DNA of 64,000 nucleotides. It comes from Paecilomyces variotii (Eukaryota). Location of the stretch: assembly GCA_004022145.1 (NCBI GenBank), contig RCNU01000016.1. The stretch is one strand, 5' to 3'. A model generated the notes under the pieces. It searched no databases and was not told the origin of the DNA. It saw nothing but the letters and a program-made list of their open reading frames with translations. Below are positions 27,837 through 42,104 of this stretch, piece after piece (within the stretch, counting starts at the first letter, position 1; the number at the start of each line of letters is the position of its first letter). The position numbers were made by a program, and so were the translations under genes.

Positions 27837-29604
27837 ATGTCGTCCACGAGAGAAGGCGACAAGGTATCGCCAGAATCACAAAAAGATGACGCCCCGGGTT
27901 CCATTAAGCAGGAGGACATCGATCTTATAGAGCAGGCCTCTCTTGGATCTCATGCTAGCCGGGCAAAGACTGCCATCGATGAACTCTCCCCAGCACACAA
28001 GGAGTTCCTCCTTCAAAGACATGGCAGTTTGGATCTGGATCCGGTGCCTTCATTTAGCGGTGCTGACCCATACAACTGGCCGACATGGAAGGTATTCAAC
28101 CCAAAGCCTTTATAAATGGGATAAACCTCTAATCTCAGCTTGAACTATACAGAAAAATATTAATCTCATCCTCGTGGCCTTTCACGCCATGATGGCGACG
28201 TTTACTGCCGGATCAATCATCCCAGCATATGAAGACATCGCCCAAGACTTCGGGGTCAGCATCCAGCGTGCATCGTACCTTACATCCCTCCAGATCGCGA
28301 TTTTAGGCGGTGCTCCTCTTATATGGAGGCCGCTGTCCAATCGCTTTGGGCGTCGCCCAATCTTCCTCCTGTCGACGATCTGCAGCCTAGCAGGCAATAT
28401 TGGCTGCGCCAAGAGTCCAGACTATGCATCGATGGCAGCATGTAGGGCCATCGTGGCCTTCTTTATTTCCCCAGCGGCGGCGCTGGGAAGTGCCGTGGTT
28501 ATGGAGACTTATTTTAAGAAGCAGCGTGCGCGTTACATGGGAATATGGACAGTGATGGTGACGCTAGGAGTTCCTGTTGGGCCATTGATATTTGGATTCG
28601 TCGCCTTTCGCGTAGGATACCGATGGATCTTCTGGATACTGGCCATAGTAAGGATATAAATCCAGCATCTACGGGGAAGACACTTATTAATTACCGTTTG
28701 CTGCAGGTCAATGGTGTCCAATTCATCCTCTACATCTTCTTCGGGCCAGAAACACGCTTCCTCGGGGATGACATCGACAGTCAAGCTTCCGAGTTCAGAA
28801 ACCAGTATATTTCGCTCCGACGCATTGATACCAAGCCACTCAGCCTCTGGGGATTCATCCGGCCATTGACTCTGGCGAAGAATCTGACCGTACTCATCCC
28901 GGCTGTCGCCTACGCGATGGTCTTCCTGTTCGGCAGCATCTTGATCACAGTGGAGATTCCCCAGCTTCTCCAGACGAAATTCAATCTCAACACAGAACAG
29001 GTGGGAATGCAATTCATCGGTGTTATCATCGGGTCTATCCTCGGTGAACAGCTAGGAGGATCCATGTCTGACGCGTGGATGGCCCAACGCGCAAAACGAA
29101 TCCGAACTCGACCTGAGCCCGAATTTCGACTTTGGCTGAGCTACATCGGTTTCGTATTGACCATTGTCGGTCTGATTGTCTTCCTGGTTACAACTGAACA
29201 GGCGCCCAAGGGTCATTGGGTAGTGTCCCCTGTTGTTGGAGCTGCAATCGCCGCTTTTGGGAACCAAGTCGTGACCACGGTATTGGTCACCTATGCCGTG
29301 GACAGCCTACCACATGAAGCAGCCAGTGTTGGTGTATTTATCACTTTCGTCCGACAGATCTGGGGATTCATCGGGCCGTTCTGGTAAGTGTATAACCGTC
29401 GTAGACATAATTCTACTCCCTCATTTCGTGAGTATCATAGCTAACATAACCAGGTTCCCTGATATGTTCGAGAACGTTGGCACAGCAGCTAGTGCAGGTG
29501 TCACGACTGCTCTCATGGTGGGCGTAAGTGCCATCCCAACAATCCTATTGCACTGGCAAGGAAAGAAATGGCGATTTAGAGAAACCGAGTCCGCCCTGAA
29601 ATGA
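27837..29604 (+). CDS. MFS transporter (DHA1-like); three introns
   Basis: DPYNWPTWK|K, PLSNRFGRRPIFL, GYRWIFW, FGPET, PEPEFRL and multiple TM helices. Confidence 0.9.
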
Positions 29605-31179
29605 TTTTCATCGTATTGTATAGCATGTATCGCTCATTGTATGTTGTCATTTGCGCATATGGGAATAAGAATGGAAAATGGAGAGTGAACACGAACGCTA
29701 ATGCGAAAGCGCATGCTATTCATGATAATCTTTGCATCTGGTTCAGACTTTCTTTTCTCAAAATTGATATGGTTCTCTATGAATCATCCAAATGGAACTT
29801 TTGAACACCTATTTATATGGATAAGACCTTTCCACCTGCTCTGCTTCAAGCAATCTCAAGTGGGATGACACGGAAAACAGATAAAGACCTGCACGAGTCC
29901 GCATCGACCGGCGTCGTATGATGTCTTTGATCCTGGTTTTCTTACCATCCTCCCTAGTCAGAACTGGATAGTTGGTCAGATCAACCCCTGCTCTTGCTAT
30001 AGTTCTTATCCGACCGTCTCAGAATGAGTGTGTACTAGACATTGTTAGCACGTGCTACGAGATTTAGTCTGCAGGCTATCATGGTCTATTACATCCGACG
30101 GTGAGTGTTTCGTTGCGAGAGATCGGAACGTAGGTATTGTCGTGTCATTCGGATCCCTCGCTGGATGCAGGACAAGCGGCCTTCTCGATGGAAGGGAAGG
30201 GGGCCAGCCTGAGAACCCAACGAAAAGCCAGTCGCCTGTTCTCAAGCCTCTCAGCTTTCATCACCTGCACATTCGATTATGCTTCGAAAAGCTTTGTTCG
30301 GCAATTTCCTTCGGTATAAGAAATACCGAGAGCAAGCACAAACAATCCAATAATGACGACTGGATCCAGAGGGCATTATCCGACGAGAGAAACACACTTC
30401 CTCCCCGACAGCCGTCTCTACATGCCGACCACAAGTGTACGTTACTTCTCCTCATTAAGAGCAGGGATGATTTCCTTGGCCTCGTATCAAGCTTCACAAG
30501 TCGTCGCAGTAGAGTGTACCAATCCCATTTGGGAAAGTCAAGAGGGGAGCAAATATTGTGGGGATGTCTGTGCTGTGGGGATCGTGGAGACGATATCTTG
30601 TGGGAACGCTTTGAGATACATCCCCACACATATCAGATATCCCTCTTCGGGTATTTCGGCGGCTGTCAATTACCGACTAGATAGTCTAGCTCAGTTCCCA
30701 CCCCCGCATAATGATCACCAAGCCAAGCTTGCTGCGGGAAAAGACTTTCCAAGCGCTGCAGATCTGTGTATGAGGATGATGTATGAGGATGGTGAATGCT
30801 ATTACCAAGCGAAGACATATCAGACGCGGCTATTCAGTAAGGGGGAGAATGTAGATTCCGAAGGGTAGAATGTAATACTTACCAGCTAGCTATACATATA
30901 TATATATATCTATATAACGCGATTGTTAATAGAAAATCCCATTCGAGTCCGAGTCTTTGTAATTCTAACTCCAAGTGACGACTAAGGAGACAAGGTAAGT
31001 AACCTGACTTGCCTTAATTCCTAGATCTAGTTTATCGTGGAGTTGCTGGTCGATCCATAATATTCCGGGCACCAATAATGCCCTGTTGATTTCACAACTC
31101 TCTCTCGCGCTCTCTATCTGCCTTTCCTCAGACAGCACCCAGCGTCGAAGTAGCCATATAGCAAGAGACGAAAGTCAAA

Positions 31180-32547
31180 ATGGCTACGGCTACGCAAACA
31201 ATGACGAAACTCGAGAAGGCATCTGCCGCCTTTCGCAAGCACCTACCTGATCTCAACACGCCGCGTTTCCAGGAAGCGAAGCAGCAAGATGCCTATTCGT
31301 ACGCAGAAGCGTTTCAGAAAAACCATGTTCCGCCGTGGTTGTATAATTTGACTAAGGCGTGGGAGAAGTTGTATGAGGAGCCGTATAAGGGCGTTACGAG
31401 CGATGGTTGGTGTCATTGCTAATTTTTTGTGTTTTTGATGTCGTAGACAAAGGGCAAATGCTGATAATGTGTTCAATCTACAGGAAACATCATTCCTGAT
31501 CTGTTTAAGATCCAAGATGAGGGAGTAGACACTGGAAAGATCGTCCAGGCCACAGAAAATCTGTTATCGAAGCTCTCTCCCGAGCAGAAATCCAAGCTGC
31601 AGTATCCCGTCAACGCCCATGAATGGCGAGCATGGTCGAACCCAGAGTTTCTACTCAGACCATTCGGTCTCCGACTCGAGGAGCAGGACGAAAGTGTCGC
31701 CCGTGCGATCCTCGCTGTCATAGAAGCCTCACTTTCCCCAGAAGGCTACCAAAAGGCGCTGGGCGCTATGCGGATTAACCATTTCCTGGGTGAAGTGTGT
31801 GAAGTTCCCAAGATCATGAACAAGTACTCGTACAATTTCCTGCTCTTTGGCACTCCCTCGACCACGGAAGCCTGGGGATGGAACATGTACGGACATCATC
31901 TGTGTCTGAACGTGTTCCTGAAGGGAAGTCAGATTGTGATTTCTCCAACTTTCACCGGTGCAGAGCCTAATGTTGTGGACGATGGCGAGTTCTACGGCAC
32001 ACAGATCCTTCACCCAGAAGGTGATCTCGGTCTGAAGCTCATGCAGAGTCTGTCTGAATCTCAGCAGAAGCGAGCACAGATCTTCAAGAAGTTGCGCGAC
32101 CCGGGCATGAAGCAGACAGGCGACTTGACCGTTGATCGATGGAATCGTGATGACCAGCGCCATCTCTGCGGTGCCTTCCGTGACAATCGCATTGTTCCAT
32201 ATGAAGGGGTCCGTGTTTCCGAGTTTACTTCAGAACAGAAGAACCTCATTCTCGATATCGCGGAGCAATTCCTACTCTACCACCCGAAGAAAGCACGAGA
32301 GATCCGCAAGGCCCAGATCAAGGAACATTTCGATAACGCCTATTTTTCTTGGATTGGCGAATACGGCGATGACGATCCATTCTATTTCCGGATCCAGTGT
32401 CCTATCATCATCTTTGAGTTCGACCACCATTCTGGTGTATTTTTGACGAATGAGGAGCCAGCAAAATTCCACATTCATACGATTGTGAGGACGCCAAATG
32501 GGGGCGATTATGGAAATGCGTTGAGGAACCCGGCGGAGAAGCTATAA
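31180..32547 (+). CDS. DUF3500-like conserved protein; one intron (about 31406-31483)
   Basis: WRAWSNPE, GLRL, FGTPSTTEAWGWNMYGHHLCLN, SPTFTGAEP, FYFRIQCP, EFDHH, FHIHTIVRTPNGGDYG. Confidence 0.82.
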
Positions 32548-33043
32548 TCAGTTATTCCTGTTGTCTGTATTGACGTACTTTGACCGTGAAACATAATATG
32601 AGTGAAAGATATAAAGTTGAAAAATATGGTCTTGTAGGGCTTTGATTTCAGTATTGCGTTAGGATGATCAGCCATAGTCGCCTTTGTATATCTGAGTTGA
32701 CTGTAAAGGATCCGAAGTCCTCGTCTCTATCAAGACAACTATAGAATCTCTTTACACGCTGAATTTATGGCTCATAGAACGAATTAGTACAATTACACTA
32801 CTTGATGGCCTAGGGTATATAGTACACTCTTAATATCGACCAAGCCGGTGTGGGGAAACGCCTGACGGGAGCTCTGTCTACATGCAGGGAACTCCAACAA
32901 GAAAACGCAGAAGACAATCCATGTAAACTTACGCATTCGATGATAGCTGAGAATTTCATTTTTATATCCGTCCCTGAATATGGATATCTATAACAACTGT
33001 CTCTATAAAACAGACTTCCTGAAAATCCCCCAAGGATCCTCCC

Positions 33044-34169
33044 TCACTCATTGACGAACTTGGTAATCAAAGTCCCCACATGAGGGAGCAACTCAACAGC
33101 AAATTCATCACCCGCCTTTAGGAAGTTCTTCGAAGCTGCGCCAACTCCAGGTGGTGTTCCTGTTAAAATGACAGTTCCTGCTGGTAAAGTTGTTCCTTGT
33201 GAGAGGAAGCTGATTAGTTGGGGAACGGTGAAAATCATATCTCTGTTTTCGATTGTGACACGTTAGTATTGAGATGTTTACGTTGGAAGAAAATAGTTAT
33301 GGTTGTGCTTACTCTAGTCCGCAGTCTTGTACGGGGTTTCCGTTCTTCAGGCCCCGAATACGGAGCTTAGACGCGTCTGGGATCAATGAGGCCGAAGCCA
33401 GGACGGGTCCTGTTTGGCATGAACATCAGTATATAGCTCCTTCTTCATCTATCATGATGAGACATACCCAAAGGACACGAGGTATCAAAACCCTTTGAGA
33501 AACACCACTGACTCTGCGCCATCTGTGACGTCCTACTGGAGATGTCGTTGGCGGCAGTATATCCGAGGACATAATCCAAAGCATCAGCTTCGCTAACGTT
33601 CTTCGCATCGCGGCCAATTACAATGGCCATTTCAGACTCATAATCGCCCGTATTATCGAGCTGGGTGATCTTTGGCAGAATCGAGTTTGCCGGCCATGGA
33701 TCCGCAAGTGATGTGGCAGGCTTGAGGAATAGCGGTGGTACCGCGGGGAGCGCCATGTTCATCTCCTTAGCATGAGAGACATACTGCCGTTGATACCCTT
33801 GTCAATCATCATCTATGAAACTTCCATGTAGGGAAACTCACGTTCAGGCCAATACATCTAATCGTGCCTACTTCCTGTTTCGTCAACGGGGAGAGAACCC
33901 TCCCGATCGTCTCGACAGTATCTGTCTTCTCTCCCGGCTGCAGCACCGATGTACCGGAGAAAAGGCGAACTTCTACATCCTGATTGCGGTATGTTGCCAA
34001 TCCAACATCGATGCTGGCGTCGACTGGTTCTCCCAAGAGGATCTTTGACGCGTCTGACTTGGGAATAAAACGCACGAGACCTGTGGATTTATCAGAAGAA
34101 AATCTTTTGGCTGATCTGGTTCAATTGGAGGTTCTACTTACGCGAAAAACGCGATGCGATTGTTGCCAT
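33044..34169 (-). CDS. Fumarylacetoacetate-hydrolase-family protein (FAHD-like); multi-exon
   Basis: [59 protein letters not shown]. Start MATIASRFS at 34169. Confidence 0.92.
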
Positions 34170-34629
34170 TTTGGAAGCTATAACCAACCTATCGTAAAAA
34201 AATAATCAATGTACGATATGCGTCCTTTGTTAAAAGGTATGAGTTTACTCCATCAAGAAATTTTTGGGGATCCCGGATTTAGCCCCTCTCAATCGCTATC
34301 AACGGCCGGTGTCGACATAAAGCACATTATCCACACATATTTGACCGGTACAACTCCGTGATACGTGATACAGCAACCACGGAGATGAGGAGGTGAAAAT
34401 GCCGGCAGAATCTATACCCCGTGCCTAAGTGACAGTTGACTCTCCTCTAAATATCGCTCCCCACACCAGGGAGGGGCAGCGTGGGGAGGGGCATTCGGAT
34501 TTCCCACCGACGCAACGATCGCATCGCCGAGCTTTCAATAAATCGTAGAAAATATCATAAGGAATTCAATTTATTGCTGCCTGGATCATCGGAGAGAACA
34601 AAAGAATTGCAAGAATATACCTGGTCAAA

Positions 34630-35122
34630 ATGTCTGAGTCTGGCCCTAAAGGACCTTACACGCTGGTCACCGTCAACACGGCGCCGGAACGAGCAAAGAG
34701 GCTCATTGGGCGCATGGTCGAGGCACTAAAGGACCGTTACACCATTATCTATGCTGCAAACTGCGAGAGTGTGTTCACTTTCCTATACTTACTTGACTTT
34801 CTGGCCCTTTACTGATGTCTACGACAGCGATCGAGGAGGTAGCTCCTAAAGTCAAGGAATTTCAGCCTGACGTATTGGTAAGAGGAAGCAGCATTGAACA
34901 TAATGCAGTATTTTGGATATGTCGAACCTGTGCTGACAATGAAGATAGTTCTGTGCTTCAATGTGGACAGCCGAGCAAGCTGAAGAGATCCAAAACATCG
35001 GCAGGTCGCTCAGACCAGGTCTCAAGACACATGCCATCCCACACGGTCTGCAAGTCGAGCGCGGTCCCGATGCTATCGTGGAACATCTACTAGAGGTCGT
35101 TCCTCCGCTGTTGGAAAGCTGA
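34630..35122 (+). CDS. Small conserved fungal hypothetical protein (about 120 aa); two introns
   Basis: Spliced MSESGPKGPYTLVTVNTAPERAKRLIGR...FQPDVL|FCASMWTAEQAEEI...HAIPHGLQVERGPDAIVEHLL with canonical splice sites. Confidence 0.8.
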
Positions 35123-35876
35123 GGAAAGTAAGATCGCCAACGAGCGAGGGCCTGTTTTGAGAAATGGACGAAGAGCTGATGTCAAGACAGTGTATTGCTG
35201 CATTAGACATTGTTGCCAGAGCTTTGTCCAGTGCTTCGTCTGGGGAGAACTAGACATATTCTTCAAAAATTATAACTCTTAACCTCATGAGACCATGTAG
35301 CATGATTAGAGAGGATTCTTGTATATACTGCACCAAGATAGACTATTCACTATAACATACCCAGGACATAGAACGACAGGGCTCGAATTGATCGTAGCGT
35401 CTCATATCAAGTCTGGAACGTCTCGTAGGGAATCAGAATCGGACAGGGCAAAAAGAAATACCCCGTAACTATAAATGTATCCGGGAATAATAGAAAGAGT
35501 GATAAAGTGATCTTATCTCATGGGCTCCTTGTTGGCCAGCTTGATCTCTAAGCTTAGTTAACTCTACCCTAGGTTGCTTGAAAGCGGCCCATTCTCCAAA
35601 CCTGGGGAATGCTTTCCTCTATGCCGACTGATGCTTTCGCTGGGACCTCCATTTTGCGTGACTTGAGTATAGATTAGATGGTGTCGATTTAAAGTGATGA
35701 AAGGACCAAGTGGTTGTAGATGATTTGTACTCGTTGACCAATAACTAACATGCTGATATAATCGCAAATGGGTTTACGCCGTCACGTGATGCTCTATTGC
35801 CATGGCTTCCAACCGGCAGTCTGGATAGGTAATCTCTCCTTCGTTAACGTATACATTTCCAACCACAAGGCTGACC

Positions 35877-37169
35877 ATGCTACCTTTCAGACCATTGAGA
35901 AGCCCCTCGCTCCGTCGAGCATTCTCGACATCGAGACGGCTCAATTTCGAACTTTCACATCAGATCTTCACGCCAGATTCAAAAGCAAACCATGCACAGA
36001 AGGGAGGAGACCCGATCATATTCATGCACGGCCTGTTCGGATCGAAGATGAATAATCGGAGTATGAGTAAGTATGTATATACTCACAAACTAAACCATTC
36101 ACGAATCTTAGTCGATCCAATTTCTGGTTTTTATGCATGTTTTAGCTCTAATACATTGACAATAGGGTCTTGACACGTGACTTGAACCGGGAGGTGTTCA
36201 TAGTGGTTCGTTGTGAGATGCATATTCTATGATAGGCGGAATGTCCGTTGAATTGGGATATTTAGCTCACTTGATGTTCTTGTGACTTGGTAGGATCTTC
36301 GAAATCATGGACATTCCCCCCATGCTCCGGAACATAACTATACTATCATGGCCGATGATGTTGAGAACTTCCTCCATCGACATCGCATCAGCAAGGCTGT
36401 TTTGATTGGTCATTCCATGTATGTTTTCGATGTTATCTGAATAGTCCACATTGGAATTAAACAGGGGCATACCGAAGGAAGCTAATGCTGAGAAAACAGG
36501 GGTGCCAAAGTAGCCATGACAGTCGCATTGCGCTCACCTAATTTGGTGTCTGCTCTTGTCCCCGTGGACAACTCCCCCGTCAAAGCTCCTTTGCAGAGCG
36601 ACTTTAGGAAATACGTCAACGGGATGCTAGAGATCGAGGCCGCTAAGGTGACCAAACAGAGCGAGGCCGATAAGATCCTACAGCCATATGAACAGGTAAG
36701 TCCAGAACTATACACTACCGTAGTAGAAATCCTCCTATAGATTTCTCATGCTCGTTCTGTCCATCTTATATAATGGAAACAGTCTCTCCCCATCCGCCAA
36801 TTTCTCCTCACGAATCTCATCCGCACCGACGACGGCCATCTGAAGTTCCGTGTCCCGCTCAACGTCCTCTCCAAGTCTCTGGACGAAATGGCCGATTTCC
36901 CCTGGCACGAGCCCGGCGAGGTACAGTACGACGGACCGACCTTGTTTGTACGCGGTACCAAGAGCCGTTATGTCACCGATGCAATGATCCCTGCGATCAA
37001 GAAGTTCTTCCCGAACGCGGAAATCGCTGATATCGATGCGGGTCACTGGCTCATTTCGGAGAAGCCGGAGGATTTTAGACATGGTATGTTCTTAACTCTT
37101 GCTTTAGTAACTGTACTTGCTGACTTCCGGTCTCTAGCTGTTGTCAATTTCTTGAAGAAAAATGCGTAG
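35877..37169 (+). CDS. Mitochondrial alpha/beta hydrolase (ABHD11/Imo32-like); multi-exon
   Basis: Presequence, HGLFGSKMN, DLRNHGHS, GHSM|GAK nucleophile elbow, IRQFLLTNL, PTLFVRG, DAGHWLISEKP. Confidence 0.9.
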
Positions 37170-37414
37170 GATTGCATCGGATCAGCATATAGACGTGGAT
37201 GTAATAGACCCTGTGTTATCTTCTGTTTGTATTATTGTTCACACACCGTACCTAATATAGCACGTTGGCATCTTCTCGAAAAATAGGACTTATTACATTG
37301 GTATCTATAACAGCAAAGTTCCCTCCGAAATCGATGGTTTTAACCAAGAAATGCCGCGCAAAGTAGAGATCGATCCGATAATTGTTTCCTCCATTTGAAA
37401 TATATGCATAAAAG

Positions 37415-39991
37415 CTATCGCCCGTTACCGGAGTTGACAGTTCCCTCCTCTATCTGCCGCTTCTTTCTTTTCTTCTTCTTTCTTGCCGAGCTAGGATCCG
37501 TCTCGAGACTCGGGCTGGATTTGGAGGACGAATGGACCTCTGAGACACTTGTTGGAATACTGGAGCTTTGCTCTTCGTCTGAGGATGCAGTGGGCTTCCT
37601 CCGCTTCCGATGCTCATCTCTAGGTTGCGTGTCCATCTTTGGCTGACCTAGACCAATTTCAGCAAGCCTGTCGAGAGGCAAGCTCGCCAGCTCTTCTTTG
37701 ACCTTCTCAAGAGCCTCTAGCCGACCGACAGCGTCAGAGATGTCTCTCTTTGCCAACTGGGCCGTCTCCTCGAATTTTCGGGTGAGAGCCTTGATCTCTT
37801 CCGTAGTAGCCTTTTCAGACTCATGGATGCGGCCAAGTAGAGATGTCACGGTCACGCCATTTGTTTCCCGGATTTTATTATCTATGCCTTTGATCTTCTC
37901 CGCTAGATCTTTGACAGAATTGTCGACAGATTTGATCTCGTCGTTCAATCGGTCCCGCTCCTGCTGCATGTCTCGGAGGAATGATTGCCTCTCCATCTCT
38001 CTGTTCGTGATGTCATGCTGGACCTTTTCCGTATGTTCGTAGAGCCTGCTAGTTAACGATTGAAGCTGATCCCGCAAAGGCGTCATTTCACGAATATTTG
38101 GCTGTACTTCGTTCTGCATATGCGCCCATAGAGCCGATTGTTGATAGTTAAGGGCAGCTATTTTCTCGGTCATCTGCTTGTTGTTCATTTTCAGTGTCCC
38201 CTGGTTCTTCTCATAGTGGTCTTCCAGTGCCGTTAACCGCTGTCCCATTCTTTCCAGCTGGGCTTGCTGCATAGCAGTGTTTGACGCTTTCAACTGATCC
38301 ATCTGCGTCTTCAAAAGACCGAGCTGTTCCATCAGTGCAGGCAATGATAAAGGGTAAAACTCTTGTATCACTGTGATAATATTCTTCGCCAGTGTCTCGG
38401 TGGACAGGTTGTTATAGCGTTCCTCCAGGGAACGGAGACCGACGTCAGCTATAGTCTGCCGCTTCTCGATATCTCGCGCTAGGGTCTGAAGTGATGCTGA
38501 AAGCTCACCGACCGTCTCATGAACTCTCTGGTCCGCTTTCAGCTTCTCTAGGACGTTTGTGTGCTCAGCCAGCCGTTTCCCGAGCGACTCCATCTCTTGG
38601 AACTGCAAGTCATCCTTGGCCTTGAGCACATTTTGCAATGCTGAGAGTTGCTGTGAGAGCTGTTCCACGGTGATTCTAAGATCGATTTGATCGCGATCAT
38701 TTGTGCTGGTTTGCGCTGGCTGCTGTCCTTGGGCCTGTCCTACCTGCTGCACTTGGGACTGGAGTTCTTTAAACGCTTCAGAGAGAGTCTTTATTTCTTC
38801 TTTGACGCTATCGTTTTCTTTCCTCGAAGTAGCGCTATCATTTGCCCATGAAGCATTCTCCAGGCTAGAAAGACGTTTGCTGATATCATCCAATTGACTT
38901 CGAGTATGATTCGTCAGGTCCATAACGCCATCGAGCTTTTGTATGGTAGAAGAGGTGTCGGAAGAGTTTTGTAGAGCAGATAACTGCTCTTCGAGCTTAG
39001 GGATATTTTCAAGAGCAGCTTTATATGCTTCACCGGCGGTCTTCAACCGGTGAATTTCCTCTTTGATATACCTCTGGTCATCTTGGCCACTGGAGATCGA
39101 ACGAAGTCGGGATTTTATCGAGGTAAGGTTCTGTTCCATATCTCGTATCCTCTCGTGGAGACTTGATGATCTCTCCTCTCTGGTTTCCACATCAGTCTTG
39201 CGGGCTAGGGCTTCAGATGTGCTTGCAAACTGATTCCGACACTCCTGAATATCTTTCGTGTGACGAGAAAGAAATGTAGAGTGAGCCTTGGTAGCGGTAT
39301 CGAGAATATCAACTCTTGACTGTAAATACTGGAGTCTCTCTTCCAACGCTTTATCGGTCTCTTTCCGTCCCTTCAAGGTTTCGATTTCTTTGTGAGCATT
39401 CGAAGCTATCAACTGTGCCTCAAGTGCCGACTTTTTCGCGCTTGCAGCCTCAGTTTTTGCGTCACGTAATTTTATCTCTATTTCGGAGTCATGTCTATGT
39501 GACGTGCTCGAGCTGACGAGAGACCCGACGCTACGCTCCAACTCATCCCGACGAAGCTTATTCTCGCGCAGCTTCTCTTCGACGCGCCCTAGATCATCAT
39601 TGTCGTCCCTCCTCAGCTGTTGAAGATAGGAAATTGTTGACGGGAAGTTGAAATGTTTCTTTGTTTTCGTGAAGCTACCTTCAGTAGCTTCAAGCCTTTT
39701 CTTTAGGTTAGCCTGTTCGGCTGCAGATTGTGAGAGAGCAATGATATTTTCTGCCAGGCCGCTGAATGATCGTGCAAATGTTTCACTAGAAGGAGTACCT
39801 GGTCCTTCTGACACTGGCTGATCCTTAGATGGCACGGTGGCCTGGTCAGTGGTGGCCGGGCTAATGAGTGCAGAAGGCTCATTATGAGATTGGCCTTTGG
39901 CTGCCCCAACTTTGAGCGTAATCGGACGGATACGGGGATCACGCGGAGGTGCGTATGGGGCATTTTCATCATTTGCTCGATTCTGCTCCAT
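37415..39991 (-). CDS. 858-aa coiled-coil protein of unknown function with basic C-terminal NLS-like segments
   Basis: Long uninterrupted ORF, L/E/Q/K heptad-rich; RKRRK and RKKKKRKKR near the C-terminus. Confidence 0.8.
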   Translation of the reverse strand: MEQNRANDENAPYAPPRDPRIRPITLKVGAAKGQSHNEPSALISPATTDQATVPSKDQPVSEGPGTPSSETFARSFSGLAENIIALSQSAAEQANLKKRLEATEGSFTKTKKHFNFPSTISYLQQLRRDDNDDLGRVEEKLRENKLRRDELERSVGSLVSSSTSHRHDSEIEIKLRDAKTEAASAKKSALEAQLIASNAHKEIETLKGRKETDKALEERLQYLQSRVDILDTATKAHSTFLSRHTKDIQECRNQFASTSEALARKTDVETREERSSSLHERIRDMEQNLTSIKSRLRSISSGQDDQRYIKEEIHRLKTAGEAYKAALENIPKLEEQLSALQNSSDTSSTIQKLDGVMDLTNHTRSQLDDISKRLSSLENASWANDSATSRKENDSVKEEIKTLSEAFKELQSQVQQVGQAQGQQPAQTSTNDRDQIDLRITVEQLSQQLSALQNVLKAKDDLQFQEMESLGKRLAEHTNVLEKLKADQRVHETVGELSASLQTLARDIEKRQTIADVGLRSLEERYNNLSTETLAKNIITVIQEFYPLSLPALMEQLGLLKTQMDQLKASNTAMQQAQLERMGQRLTALEDHYEKNQGTLKMNNKQMTEKIAALNYQQSALWAHMQNEVQPNIREMTPLRDQLQSLTSRLYEHTEKVQHDITNREMERQSFLRDMQQERDRLNDEIKSVDNSVKDLAEKIKGIDNKIRETNGVTVTSLLGRIHESEKATTEEIKALTRKFEETAQLAKRDISDAVGRLEALEKVKEELASLPLDRLAEIGLGQPKMDTQPRDEHRKRRKPTASSDEEQSSSIPTSVSEVHSSSKSSPSLETDPSSARKKKKRKKRQIEEGTVNSGNGR

Positions 39992-40573
39992 TTTTCTCGA
40001 TTTCTCTTCCTAATCCGAGTAGGGACCCGAAAGAGATCATCAACTATAAAAATGCACAGACGGGATAGAACATGGCGGAAGCGAGCTCCAGAAGCAACGA
40101 TGAGCTATCCCCGTAGCCCAAACATAGGACAGATAAGGGACGCGAGAAGTAGAAATCAAAATATCAGGCGTTGATCGTGAGGTTGCGGTGAAGGCATGGA
40201 GTGGGGCTATAGACACGGTAATAGAAGTGACACAAGACTAAGAGCAACTTGATAATACCGAATGAGATGAAAAAATAGGAATCAGATGAATCGATTTAAC
40301 AAGAGGATAGATGCCTCGAAAGTCATCAACAAGAGAATGCCATAGCTTTTAGTCTAGTGCTGCGGCATTATCACATCAGGAGACCCCGAGATAAAATGTT
40401 GGATTCTGCCGGGCGGTGGAGAAGACGGTGTGCAGCCAGACATCTCGTCCTCACCTGAGAGCTCTGAACAAACGAATCTCCCCGATTAAGCCAGTGCCTC
40501 GTCACAACGCGCGCTTTCGACTGTGGTTAGAAAAGAAACGAGGTCCCCTGGCTATTGCGACCTATAATCCACC

Positions 40574-42104
<1,531 letters not shown>

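Noticed and set aside
30052-30868. Overlapping 210-aa and 171-aa ORFs; VNYRL..FP faintly recalls hormone-sensitive-lipase-type hydrolases
   Set aside because: No HGGG or GxSxG motif and no coherent gene model; at most an unidentifiable relic.
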